Positions 14,375 through 27,109 of a stretch of 64,000 nt of DNA are shown here, piece by piece (position 1 is the stretch's first letter; each line of letters begins with the position of its first letter). The notes under the pieces are model-generated. The model was not told the DNA's origin. It did no database searches and saw nothing but the letters and a program-made list of their open reading frames with translations. Origin of the DNA: Octopus vulgaris (taxonomy: Eukaryota); contig OX597822.1 in the NCBI GenBank assembly GCA_951406725.2, forward strand, positions 16,182,001 to 16,246,000, in the 5' to 3' direction. Position numbers and translations under genes: made by a program.

Positions 14375-16099
14375 AGTTATTAATTTCTTTTCATGAAGAT
14401 TGTCTTTGCTTTTAATCTTCTCGTTTTAGTTACCACTTTTTGTAAACTTTATAAACAATAGTTTGTTAATATGTTGATATTTGCTTTTCAATTTCTTTGA
14501 GATTATTATTGTCTCTTTTGAAAATGATATATTGATTGTGAGACAGTTGTGATCCAGTTTGTCTTTGGCAATAATATCTGGTTGATTTACTTTAAGCTGT
14601 CTGTCTGTAAGAGTGGGTAAAGATTCTCGGCTTCGAAAATTCTAGCCTGACAGTCCCAGATTATCGTAGTCACATTCGTGTCATATTTTATGTTTTGCAC
14701 ATGGCTCTATCATTTCCTCTTGTTTGCTGACTTGACCAAGTCCGAGGACATATATAGTTTCTGTTTCTGGAAGGTCTGCTTAGAAACTATTCTCTATTCT
14801 CTTTACGTAAACAGCGGATTGCATTCACCTATTTTTTCTTATTTCATATCTGTACTATTCTTTATATACATATAGTTATTTATATATACACGCACATGTG
14901 TGTGTATGTATGTATGTATGTATGTATGTATGTATGTATGTATGTATGTATGTATGTATGTATGAACGTATGTATGTATGCCTGTATGTATGCTTGTAAT
15001 GGTGTCCGATTCCATCTGTAATGTTGGAATTATTTTCTCCTATACTACATTATAATTTTTTTCAAAATGCTATTGAATTTCTCGCGTCGACGCATTCCCT
15101 CTCATGTTAATTCCACTCCTCAACGCTGTAGTCAATAATGTGTTATTACTTAAAAGAATTATTGATGCTTCCATAATTTTTGTTGAAGCAAAAGCTGTTG
15201 ATAGTTTATAAACTTTATTATGTATAATTTCGAGATGTGACGCCTGCAGCATAATTGAATAAACTTAAATATTAGAAGTTTATATATAGTAAAAAAAACA
15301 TTGAAACTAAAAGGAAACACATCTCTTCAACAAACGCACAGTACCTTAAAACCGAATGATAGAGAAATTATAAATATATCATTTTAGTGAGGAATTACAT
15401 GTCTGCATTCTTGTCACGATTGTGTCTGGTTAAGTACCATAAAGTATTTTAAGCAAATACTCGATAAAAAAGAGAAAAGAAAACATACGTGTAAGGAGAG
15501 ATATTATATTTCTATTTTAGAAATGACAAAAACAATTTTTCTGCATATGGTCAAAGAAACTGGTTCCGCTCTCTTGGCAACGCAATTTAATAATAGCATT
15601 AAAACAAATGTTCTACATTGTGACCGACTGATTACATGCCATTGTACAAAAATAGAGACGAGAAACAGATAAAAAATATTTAATTGTATTCTTTGTCGTG
15701 ATAGGCACATGATTATGTTTTCTGGATTACTAATATCGTATTTAGTAACTGATACTAAATCAAGTTACTAAAATAAAACGTATGAAATCCTACACGTCTA
15801 CTAATTAAAACTGGGAACAGCTAAATGCGTAATACATGGAGATAAAACCTATTCATATATTTGATTCAGTTACAATCTAATGAGAGAATGCGTACTATTT
15901 TGATAATATAGATAATGTTTAAATAGCGAGTATTTCCATAAATAATGTCCGAGATTTGTTATTTTACAATATCTGAATAGAAACAACTTACATATTATTC
16001 TGACATATTATGACACTGCGCTGTTGTCAAGTAACAATTTATGTCATTACAATATAAAGTAATAATTCAGCTACTACTTTGATCCCCCCACTTACAGAT

Positions 16100-16790
16100 G
16101 GACGTGTGACGGAGCGTTTAAGACGTAGAATGCTCTGAGGCTTTACAAACGGCAATAATGCATCGGAAACGATCTGAAATATTCGCAGTATTTGTGGGGA
16201 AGACAGCTTTGAAGAAAGAATCAGTTGGGTGGTTTAGGAAGGGTGATTTCATCATGAAAGGTGCTTCACGAACGAGTCATCTAGTTCAGGTTCATGAAAA
16301 CCTACTTTTATCAAAACCTAATCTAAATAGTGGTTACAGTCGAAGAATTGGCAGAAAAGCTCAATTCAAGCTTTTCAACAGTTTACCGACATCTTCAAAA
16401 ACTTGGCGTAATGCACAATCTGGGGAAATGGATTCCTCAAAATTTGTCAGGAACCAACCATTCAGTATGAGCTGAACATCTCCATTTCTATAGACCCTCA
16501 TAGAATGGTTTTACCATTTCTGCACACTTCGGTCACTGATTATGAAAGATCAATCCCTTACAAGAATATCAAACGATGCGGACAAAGACTGAGTGAAGGT
16601 GAACTGGCTGAAACACAGCAGCAAATGAAACCTCCATCGCAGAAGAGAGCTGGTTAGATTTTAATTTGATATCAATGGTGAGGTCCACTTTAAATTGTTC
16701 CCAGTTATTAAAGCAATGCTTAAACATTCTGTGTTGCAGTGTTTGCGCAAATAAGTGCAGGCTTTGGGCTGCATTGCTGTAAAGCAACGA
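16100..16790 (+). pseudogene. Decayed mariner transposase
   Basis: Fragments GNNASETI, WFRKGDF, TVEELAEKLNSSFSTVYRHLQ, GKWIP (WVPHEL motif) and VTDYE (TGDE motif) occur in order. Confidence 0.65.
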
Positions 16791-17749
16791 AAGCGATATT
16801 ATCGTAGTCGATAAATTAAGTACCAGTTGCGTACTGGGGTCTATCTAATCGACTGGCCCCCTCCCCTAAAATTTCGGGCCTTGTACCAAGAGTAGAAAAG
16901 AATATTGAATTTTAATAGACAATGTTCACGTTAGTCTCAACATTATTTCACGTAGTTCCGTTCCTGTCCAAACAATATTCTCGTCCGATCAACCTCCCGC
17001 CTTGATTGTATTACTGATTCCAGTTCATTTGTACTTAACATTGTGCTGTGTGATTAAACCAGGTTTTCGTGAAGCGAACACGTTAACTTAACCGCATAGC
17101 CATGTCTATGTCCATATTATTTTCGATATTAAATTTTAATACACCACTCTCAAGTCAGATTTGCCATTATTTCAAGACACTTTCTTTCTTTCAAGGAAAT
17201 ACACTTGTCAAATAAACAACCGACATCGATTAATTGATCGATTCTGATTGACTGCTATTTGACATTCTCTTGTTTACCTCTGATTTTTATATTTCTAATA
17301 TTACCAAATAACTAATAACAACCAATACTAGCGTTATTTATTATTCAAACACTCGTATGCTATTATCAGTTTTGCCTTTTTTTGTCGAAATTCGATAACT
17401 TGCATAAAAGTAAAAATACAGTAAGTTATTTATACAACTTCCTATAGCGAATTTAGGTTTCACTTAATTCGAGTTAGAATAACTGTGTGTATTTTATGTT
17501 ATTGGTAAGTGTAATTTCAAATTATAGCTCTGTATTGAGTATTATAACTTCCAGATGCAAAAGTCGGTTTCTAATTCGTTTTTATGTAATAACATATAAA
17601 TTACATAAAAGGTGTGAATGATTCTGTTCATTTATCGAAAATATGACAACTTTTACACAAAAACATTGAACAGAACACATTTTATCTCATCATAAAAAGG
17701 AAACCGAAACAGAATTTAAAACGTTTTTTTTATTATTTATTTATTTATA

Positions 17750-17751
<2 letters not shown>

Positions 17752-17807
<56 letters not shown>

Positions 17808-17828
17808 CTTCTCTCTCTCTCTCTCTCT
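17752..17828. repeat. (CT)n microsatellite
   Basis: Directly visible. Confidence 0.95.
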
Positions 17829-19521
17829 TTCGCTTTTATTGATTTCTATCGTTTTATTTTTTCTTTATAAATATTAATGGTTCTGATTATTAAAAATATA
17901 ATTTTCTCCGTGGTCTTGTTTGTTAGGTCAGTAAATATGTCAGTTAGCGGTGATTGCAGATACCATTTCTATTGTTCTTGTCGATGTTGTTGTTGGTTTT
18001 TGGAAGCTAACGTTGATAGCAGCAATCAACTTTCGTAGTGTGCATTTCATGTCTACATTGTTTTCATAACTGACTTCACAGCAATGAAAACCAACCAATA
18101 ATCAGCTCTAATTCTTCATACTCCATAACATTGTTTTGTTTACTTTCGGTGTGTGCGTGTTTTTATTTTAATAATATTTTCTCTTTCTCTGTTCTGCCCA
18201 TACACAAACGGCTTCTGCATGGCGCCACAGTACTGGCCGAAACCATCGAAGTCAGTGTTGAATTATTCACTGAACTCCAACCCAACTTTGAGCAAGTGGG
18301 ATTACTTTATATTGTTATTGTTTGTGTTGTTGTTGTTTTGTGTGTGTCTGTGGTGTTTATGTGTGTGTATGTGGTTTTTATTTGTGTGTACGGGCGTTGG
18401 TTTGTGTGTGTCTAAGTGAAAATTTGGCTCCGGATGCAGGAGAAGAAGGAAAACTCAGGTTTCATGGCGCTACAAGCATAACATCATTAATTTTTTTTTT
18501 AAATCATAAAGTAATGTAGAATAAGAATGTAATAATGTTAAAATAATACCATAATGAAAGATAAATATTAATGGGAATTTTATCCATTATCGACAAAGAA
18601 AAATGAGATTTGAAAGAGTTATTAGATAAATTAGAAAGAGACGGTAAATATTCATTTAATGCATTCTCAAAATATTTGTGTTACCAAAGCGTTGGTTTGG
18701 AATAAACAGTACAGTTCTATACAAAATTTATTGTGGTATTTAGTGACATTCCTTTATGTTCAGAGTTCGTATTCCACCAGGATTGAAGTTGCCTTTCAAT
18801 ATTTCATAACCGATAATATAATTACTAATCAAGTAAATACAGAAGTTAATATAATAATTAAGGACACTTTCTCATAGTGTGTTGCCTTGTACCTATGAGA
18901 CAAATCCCAATATATCTGAATTATAAATCAAAGATGAGAAAGCTAGACTGAAGGACTAGGCCGAGCCTTGGTTAGGCTTCCTGGTGTTTTAGCTTCAAAT
19001 CTCACAAATGCTAAATAGGATTTCAGTTATTCTGAGTCGATAAAATAAATAACTAATTGAAAATTAGTAGCGTAGATTGAATCTGCAGTATTCCTCAAAC
19101 GTGTTGGCTTTGTTTCCTCTTTATGAATTACTACAACGGCACTGGTTAAGGTAAACCTGGCTGAAATTAAACTTGCACAAATCGAAACTTTCATCTGGTT
19201 ACAATACAGAATCGATTTTTATTCACTGCACTCAAACCGTTTATAGCATACTGACAGCCCCATTGCTTCGAAAAGTTTGATTATTGCATTTAAGTTATGT
19301 TAATGTTTTTACTGAATATTCGCGTGAAGCGAATGGTACCCCAAAAAACTAAATTGTGAAGTTCTACCCACCTTCTCTACGGAATCTTTTCATTAATGCC
19401 ATACAAATCTTATTTCTACTAACATAGAGAACCACTGCATTGAATCACATGATAATATAATTAACTCCGAATCTACATTCTTAAATATATAAAAAAAGAA
19501 TTAAATAACTATGCTATAATA

Positions 19522-19791
19522 CAATTGCAGCGTGGAAGGTGTTTATAAGCCATTTAAGAAACCGTTAGATTCACTTCAAAATTTTAATTTAATTTGCCAA
19601 AATATTTTCGTCGCTTTGTGACCGCGACCTGTTCACTGATAAAATTCCGTGCTGCCATATTCCAGTGAACAGGTCGCGGTCTCAAAGCGTGTTTCTGAAA
19701 TGGCTTATAAACATCTTCCACGTTGCAATTGTTTTCATTCCAGCACACGATCTCAGATCAGGTCACTTGCTATGCAAGTACACCTCCGCAA
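19522..19791. mobile_element. Small fold-back hammerhead-bearing element (probable non-autonomous PLE derivative), copy 1
   Basis: Nested inverted arms, a unique 3' tail and a 12-bp TSD TATGCTATAATA (19510-19521 / 19792-19803). Same family as 24077-24674. Confidence 0.8.
19596..19640 (-). ncRNA. Minimal type I hammerhead motif, G3:C8 variant
   Basis: atca-GTGAACA-g-gtcgc-ggtcacaaa-gcgac-GAAA-atat-TT-tggc. Confidence 0.6.
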
Positions 19792-19800
19792 TATGCTATA

Positions 19801-19848
<48 letters not shown>

Positions 19849-20174
19849 CAATGATATAAAAATAATGACAACAATAATAACAATTATCGAAATAAGTGCA
19901 GCATCAATAGCAATGGAATAACTAATAATGATATTGATATTAATAGGAATAATAATAATGATAATAATATGAGCAATACAAATAGAAATAATATCGGGAA
20001 TGAAGATAACAATGATATCTATAGCAGTAATAAGCATTCGGATATTAATACAAACAATAATAATAGCAATACCAATAATGTTGATAATTATGATATGGCT
20101 ATAGTAGATCTAAATGATAGTATAAATGGATCGATAAATGGTAACACAACTTCAGATAACAATATTATCTATAA

Positions 20175-20688
20175 CTAGCAGTATCACCCGGCGTTGCTCG
20201 GGTTTGTAAGGGAAATAACTATATAAGCATTTTTAGAGAGTTACTTCCCTTATAGATGCCAATTCGGGCTTTCTTAGCCATTTCTGTTTTGGTGTCTTCA
20301 AGCCATGAAGTCGTTGTTCTAAAAGAACGCTGGTCTCCTTGACAACGCATTACGACGTTGATTTCCTTAAACTCCCTTCCCCACAGCTTCACGAGGGAGG
20401 GAAGAAGGGGAGAAGCAAACAGGTGCAGGTGTTTGAGCGTGGACGCCAACTCCGCCGACATCGACACACGAAAAATTATGCATTAAAATGGAATAAAAAA
20501 TGATGTTAAATTATTTTTAAAATCGTAGACTCATCGTAGACGCGCACTAATAGCCAGACGGGCTCGATATTAATCACGACTATAAGATACCCGAATTTGG
20601 TTAAACTGCACCGCAAAATGTGGGAGGAGTTAGGAATCTAAATCGTAGGAGACAGACACTCACACAACTACAGTTTTATATATATAGA
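20175..20688 (-). mobile_element. Non-autonomous Helitron
   Basis: Minus strand starts TCTATATATATAAAA and ends with the hairpin CCCGAGCAACGCCGGG followed by ...CTAG. Inserted between host A and T with no TSD. Confidence 0.85.
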
Positions 20689-20713
20689 TAACGAAAATAA
20701 TACTCATAATAAT

Positions 20714-21202
20714 TTGAATAGCAGCAATATGAAAGATCTATCCTTAAATAATTCTAAATCTGAAAATTATCCCCCTAGTTGCAATTGTAGAATTAAGTCA
20801 AAATGCCCGGCATCTGGTCTGTGTGGGGCCCATAATGTAATCTATAAATGTACTATAACTACTGCGAATAGCAAATTCTTTTATCTGGGTTGTACTATAA
20901 AATTTTAGCAAAGAATTAGCAATCATCTCTTCTCCTTTAAGTTATGTCATAAAGCTGGCTGTACCACACTTTCCAGTAAGATTTGGGAACTCAAAACTAA
21001 TAATATTAAATATAACCTAAAATGGGAAATAGTTAGAAAGGCAATGCTTTATAAAAATAATAGGGTAGGTTTCCAACTCTGCTCCATGGAGACATATGAA
21101 ATTCTAAAGCATAGAAAAAATAAAAACCTATTGAATAACCGTATAGAGTTAGGTGGGTCTTGCATTCATTCAAAAATCAAAACTCTAAAATATTTTAAAT
21201 AG
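20714..21202 (+). pseudogene. PLE GIY-YIG endonuclease remnant (Nematis-like), one in-frame stop
   Basis: CNCR..CPASGLC..NVIYKC..FYLGCT.KF*QRISNH..TTLSSKIWELK..KWEIV..LCSME..LLNNRIEL..CIH reads on in frame through the TAG at 20906-20908. Confidence 0.8.
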
Positions 21203-22187
21203 AAATCGTATAGAATAACCGTATAGAGTTAGGTTCTCTTGTATTCACTCAAAAATCAAAACTCTAAAATATTTTAAATTGAAATCTGTAGGCTCTTCCA
21301 CTGGTGTTCTTTCTTTCTACCTGTACCTTTTAATTATAAAAATAAATAGTATTTGTACGATGCTAATTTAATTGTCTATATAGTCAATTTGATTAACCTA
21401 ACTTAAATCATATAAATGTTGATAATATTCCCTAATTCTATTCTAAATTTAATAAATAATACTATTCCCTTAAGGATACAAGTAATTTTCTCTATATACT
21501 TTGAATAAACAAACTTCTCCCGCCATTTACTATTGAACTTATTTGACCTCTAGATGTTGACCAAAATTCTTTCTTACAATATATACATATGTTAAAATAG
21601 AAACAATAATAAATAAATAACCTTCTATTCTAGTGTTACCGTTAACTTTCTTACTGTATCTTCCTCTACTGATAGCCTTTGACCCCTTTAATGTTTTCCT
21701 TTGATATCTCTGTATTCTTTATCCTACCATTAACTCTGTGAGGGTCTCAGTTCTTAGCAGGTGGTGGTCAAACTTAATGTTCCTTTATAAATCTAAGATT
21801 CCTTCAACACTGACCTAGATTTTCTGTCACCACAGAAATAAACTAACCTTTGTCTATGGTATATTTATGTCTTCTTACTCCTCTACTCCCTTCCTCCCAT
21901 TATGTCCTTTATTTGGGCTGAATCTGCTTCGCTGACTTTCTTGCTACTACAACCAAATTCTGTTTGCAACAGCTTAGTTGTGAAATGAACCGGTGTGTGA
22001 CCAGCAGCTTTCCTCATGTCACCTTCTCTGGGAAGTTAATCTTTTTAAAAACTTTTTATAAAACTGTGCATCATTAGAAAGCATTTTAAGTCTACTTATA
22101 ATTTGACTTTAAATTTCATAGAACTCACTCCTAATACTTCATGAGGATAATCAAACTATCTAGGATGTCTGGAAAACATATATGTGA

Positions 22188-22276
22188 TTTAGCTGATGAA
22201 TACTGGACATTTGTATTTGCTGCAATATTTGCAGCTTCAAATAAAATTGTTCTTAGTATGAAACAATTGTACTAAA
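22188..22276 (+). ncRNA. Type I hammerhead ribozyme motif (canonical core) in PLE 3' pLTR
   Basis: tttag-CTGATGA-atact..agtat-GAAA-caattg-TA-ctaaa. Stem III is palindromic. Lies about 1 kb downstream of the GIY-YIG remnant on the same strand. Confidence 0.8.
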
Positions 22277-23469
22277 CTACTAATCCATTCTTGTTGCTTT
22301 TTTCTTGGTTATTACAATGATATACATAGAAAATTCGCAGGAGCATGGAGTGTTATATTCACATGTATCTCCATTATAAGCAGATTGGGAATGCATATGA
22401 AATCAACTATCTTCCTTCTTAAACGAGCTTACAAATACAAATTTAGGTGATAAGACGTTTCGGTATCGAACTTGCTCATGTCATTCTCAAGTGACTATAC
22501 GTAAAGGTTAATGTATATCTTTACGTTTCGGTTTATGCAGGAAAAGTTTAAATCATACTTTAATATAACATAATATATAAATATTTTGTACTGTACGAGA
22601 TTGCAGAAGAATTTCTTATTTTACGGAGCGCCTTATCTGCTGGCAAGTGTTTCAACAATGCACGGATGTTTCTGAATGCAAAAACAAACTGTGTATGTTT
22701 TCAAAAACAAATTCATTTTTATAGTAAATAATTCTTTCTGCTAGAGGTACAAGATCTGAAATTTTGAGGTTAATAATAAGTCGCCCCCCTAAGTGTTCAG
22801 CTGTTACTTATTTTATTGACCGCGTTAGTAAAGTCTGGCGTGATGGAATTTGAAGCTCAACATTTCATTTTAATTAGTTAATGTTTCTTTCCTACTGAAA
22901 AATAGTATGTTAATTCAACGACTCGTAGACAACTTCCACCTTTTGCAATAATATTGATGTGACATTTTGGCACAAGGCAGTCAGTTTCGGAGGAGCGGCC
23001 AAGTCGATTAGGTTGACTCCATTCTAATTTGTTTTTATTTTGTCGATTCGCGAAAGGATGAAAGTCGACCCCGGCAGAATGGGAACTCAGAACGGGAAGA
23101 CACACGAAATGCCGTCCTTTCGAAACAATATCGGAATTAATATTCTTTTCAAGGGTTTAATGACAACACTGGGAATTTATTATCGATCATATTTCTCAGC
23201 TACATTTTATGTTGCAAAAATACTATAAAATAATCCCATTAACCTTCATAACATTTGAACTTGCCGAGAGGGTTTCTCAGTTTACTTATATCACCTTCAA
23301 GTTTCATTTATTACCTGTAATGTTTGTTTAAGTGCTTCATTCCCATTTCAACGGTAAGAAGCTGCACACTTACTGAATTTTGAATATCTGTTGATCTCTC
23401 AAATATATCTTTATGTTTACTGCGAAAAGAGTATTATATTCTTTCCTACTCAAGGCCAGACATTTTTTT

Positions 23470-23696
23470 TTACTACCCACAAGGGGCTACACACAGAGGG
23501 GACAAACAAGGACAGACAAACGCATTAAGTCGATTATATCGAACCCAGTGCGTAACTGGTACCTAATTTATCGACCCCGAAAGGATGAAAGGCAAAGTCG
23601 ACCTCGGCGGAATTTGCACTCAGAACGCAACGGCAGACGAAATAATGCTAAGCATTTCACCCAGTGTGCTAAAGGTTCTGCCAGCTCACCGCCTTA
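23470..23696 (-). mobile_element. SINE family C (Meta-domain-like)
   Basis: Contains the reverse complement of GAGGTCGACTTTGCCTTTCATCCTTTCGGGGTCGATAAATTAGGTACC, resembling the MetaSINE central domain. Partial copies at about 12800, 16800, 22740, 22970, 59000, 60500 and 63810. Confidence 0.8.
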
Positions 23697-24108
23697 CGAA
23701 AGGTGTTACATTACGAAAAAGAAAAAAAATTGCAGTTGTTTCAACGAATTCTATTAAAGTTCTTTAATACAAACCTAATAATCTCTGTATCTATGAAGGA
23801 TCGAGAGAGACGCTTCGTTATATTTAGTTCCATCTTATGTTACAAGTTCGAATCCAACCATAACGGCTATTGTTCGTCATTCTGAGTTCGATAAAATTAT
23901 TATACTGGACATTTATTGTAAATAACATTTAAATTTAGATATTTCTTGACTATTAACCAAGGTTGACAGAAAAGGGTATAAGTCAACCCTGCATTTTTGT
24001 TTCAGCTCCATTTTGTTTGTTTCTTTTTTTATTTAAAAAATGTGACGCGTATTTTACCGAAAAATATTGTTTTTTACAATTGCAGCGTGGAAGGTGTTTG
24101 TAAGCCAT

Positions 24109-24459
24109 GTGGAGGCGCAATGGCCCAGTGGTTAGGGCAGCGGACTCGCGGTCATAGGATCGCGGTTTCGATTCCCAGACCGGGCGTTGTGAGTGTTTAT
24201 TGAGCGAAAACACCTAAAAGCTCCACGAGGCTCCGGTAGGGGATGGTGGTAATCCCTGCTGTACTCTTTCACCACAACTTTCTCTCGCTCTTACTTCCTG
24301 TTTCTGTTGTATCTGTATTTCAAGGGGCCGGCCTTGTCACTCTCTGTGTCACGCTGAATATCCCCGAGATTACACGTTAATTTCACGAGCAGGCTGTTCC
24401 GTTGATTCGGATCAACCGGAACCCTCATCGTCATATCCGACGGAGTGCTTCCTCCTCTC
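24109..24459 (+). mobile_element. tRNA-Arg-like SINE family B, full length, with TSD
   Basis: A box TGGCCCAGTGG and B box GGTTTCGATTCC. 10-bp TSD TGTAAGCCAT (24099-24108 / 24460-24469). Confidence 0.9.
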
Positions 24460-24486
24460 TGTAAGCCATTCAAGAAACACACAAAA

Positions 24487-24531
24487 GTCAGTGAACACGT
24501 CGCCGTCGTAAAGCGACGAAAATATTTTGAC
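24487..24531 (+). ncRNA. Minimal type I hammerhead motif, G3:C8 variant
   Basis: gtca-GTGAACA-c-gtcgc-cgtcgtaaa-gcgac-GAAA-atat-TT-tgac. Stems I and II pair perfectly and stem III is the palindrome AATATT. Confidence 0.7.
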
Positions 24532-24699
24532 AAATTAAAACTTAAATGTTGAAGTGAATCGAACGGCTTTTGTGTGTTTCTTAAATGGCTTACAAACACC
24601 TTCCACGCTGCAATTGTTTTCATTTCAGCACACGATCTCAGATCAAATCACTTGCTATGCAGGTACATCTCCGTAATATTGTTTTTTATCTTATCTTTT

Positions 24700-25079
24700 A
24701 CCCGCTTCAGTCGTTGCACCGCTGGAGCACCGCCATCAAGAATTTTTAGCCAAATGAATCGATCGCACTAATTTCTTTTAAAACCTGGCACATTTTCTAT
24801 CGGTCACTTCTGCCGAACCTCTAGTTTTACAGGATGTAAACAACCAACACTGGTTGTCAAGCAATGGAGGGGGTGGGGACAAATACAAACAGAATCGAAG
24901 ACACACACATACAGGTAGAGAGAGACGACAGGCTTCTTTCATTTTCCGTCCACCAAATTTACTCACAAAGCTTTAATCGACCCGAGGCTATACAAGGAGA
25001 TATTTGACTAAAATACCATTCAGTGGCACTGAACCCAGAGCCATGGGATTGGGAAACAAACTCAGCCACATCTGTCCCT
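24700..25079 (-). mobile_element. SINE family A, diverged
   Basis: Similar to the 6303-6710 copy. Confidence 0.75.
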
Positions 25080-25654
25080 GAAGAATACAGAGTTTAATTA
25101 TAATTTTCTGAAAAAGAAAATGGAAAAAGGAATAAAATGATCTTTTTTTATCCTTTCTGAGAGGAAAATCAAAATACGGAGAATTTTTATAAAGAAATCT
25201 GATAAGTAATTACTGGATAATATTTATCTCCTAGGGTAATTTTGTGGAGGTGGCGTAGACCCAAAATGGACGATGACGAATCATATTTTATACATAAGTG
25301 ACGCTGATCGTATCAACTACATGTCGTAGATGGATAATAGAGTTCGATAATCATAAAATGTCGTAGTTGTAAAACCAACCCCAAAGAAATATGATAGATG
25401 GTGCGGAAAAGTAGCTTGGACCAAGATATTAAAACTTGGAAACATAATTATTTTTAAAGGAATCGACAACAGATTCCACATCAAAAATCCCAACTCCTCG
25501 TATCTGTGAAGAAACATTCCTGCTGTTCAATAATGTTATTCCAATTGTTCGAAACAGTAAAAATAAAAGTAAAATTTTGAAAAGTATTTAAATTCAATTC
25601 TATGCTACTACACATACGGACTCCACAAAAGACAAAGGCAGTTTGTCTGTAATA

Positions 25655-26560
25655 TGAGGGTGAATCAAAAAAGTAATGCCATTTTGTTTAGGACAGGTAT
25701 AATTACCAACACAGGAACATGTATCATACATCAAAAGGAAGCTGGTCCTCTGAAGTTCACATCCCTACTTCTCAACATAGTCACCGTCTCTGTCAATAGC
25801 AATGTTCAACCTTCGAATGAGAGTATGTATCCCTGCCCCGCAAAATTCTGTTGACTGTTCTTTGAGCCACTTCCTCACTACAGTTTTCATTTCCTCGTCA
25901 CTGGAATAAGGTTTGCCTCAAAACCTCCTTCGTGGTGTTGTCTCTTTGACTTTGTTCGAGAAGTTCAATGCAGACATTGATCCTGTCAGTCTTGCTTTCG
26001 GTAGTCAGCTCTCAGTACCCAACGGGCACACAATTTTGAAAAGCCAAGTGATTCGACAATGTTGTAAGCACTTCCATGGTTCACTTCAAGGTTTTCTGCC
26101 AACTCATCAAGAGTTATGCGCCTGTCTTCTCTGATCAGAGCATTTGATTTTGCTTTATTGGCAGGATTCACAGAAGCGGATGGACGGACGGACGGCCAGA
26201 ACGGGGTTTATCGGCTGCACTCGCGGTTCCCAGCTTTTCATCTTTCAGACGGCGGACCCACCTGCATACATTGCCATAAGCTAAAGTATTGTCCTCAAAT
26301 ACATTTTGTAATCGTCGGAGAATGTCTACAATTGTTTCCCTCCAAGTAACAAGAAATTCCATCACTGCTCTTTGTGTTTGGCGTAACTCTAAAGGGGCAA
26401 CCATTTTGAATTTTCCTCACCAGTCTGAAAACCCGAAAAGTAAGAAACAAAATATTTCAGATTTTATAATCATTTATAGTTGGGAAAATTTTCAGTTATG
26501 TTTATAAAACAAAAATTCCCATGAAATAAAGAAAACGGCATTACTTTTTGACTCACCCTC
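25655..26560 (-). mobile_element. Internally deleted mariner DNA transposon
   Basis: TIRs GAGGGTGAATCAAAAAAGTAATGCC / GGCATTACTTTTTGACTCACCCTC with TA flanks. Frameshifted transposase pieces QRAVMEFL, DKPRSGRPS, IREDRRITLDELA, KLCARWV and C-terminal DGDYVEK. Most of the catalytic domain is missing. Confidence 0.9.
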
Positions 26561-26600
26561 TACAATATCTAAGAGATGTGTATGCAAATATGCAAATTGG

Positions 26601-26670
<70 letters not shown>

Positions 26671-27109
26671 GCGCGCGTATGTTTGTATATATATGTTTGT
26701 ATACATGCATATTTGCATACATACATACACATATATATATATTTATATATACATGTATATATGTATGTATATATATGTGTATATATCGAGAGAAAGAGAT
26801 AGTATAAATTGGGATTATGCAATAGAAACAGTTTTATAATGTAAAAATTATCGCTACCACGTACTCAAAGTACGTGGGTTTTTAAACGCCAAGTACTGCG
26901 ATCTATCGTCCGAGAAAAATGCCTTTAAATACCTATACTGTTAGAAATTTCGTATATTAAATGATCTTTCCCGAACAATGAACGAGAAAACACACTATTA
27001 TCAAAGATATATTTTAACAATAAAAATTAAAATAAAACAAATAAAATGATCCGTACTAATATTTAATTATTAATACAATTTTCATCATTATCATAGGTAT
27101 GGGATGCAT

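Larger units (their letters stand above)
24077..24674 (+). mobile_element. Small fold-back hammerhead-bearing element, copy 2 (interrupted by a SINE)
   Basis: Inverted arm, then HHR, then pLTR-like body and tail. 14-bp TSD AATATTGTTTTTTA (24063-24076 / 24675-24688). Confidence 0.8.

Noticed and set aside
15070-15252. Exon-like ORF after a CAG acceptor on the minus strand
   Set aside because: Short, followed by stops and without a recognisable protein family.
24111-24185. tRNA-Arg gene
   Set aside because: It is the head of a SINE with a body, tail and TSD.
25495-25566. Hammerhead-like TGAAGA..GAAACAGTA
   Set aside because: Core and stems are too degenerate to support.
26855-26878. CCACGTACT-caa-AGTACGTGG hairpin as terminator or hammerhead stem II
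   Set aside because: Eukaryotic context, and the flanking core motifs are not recognisable.
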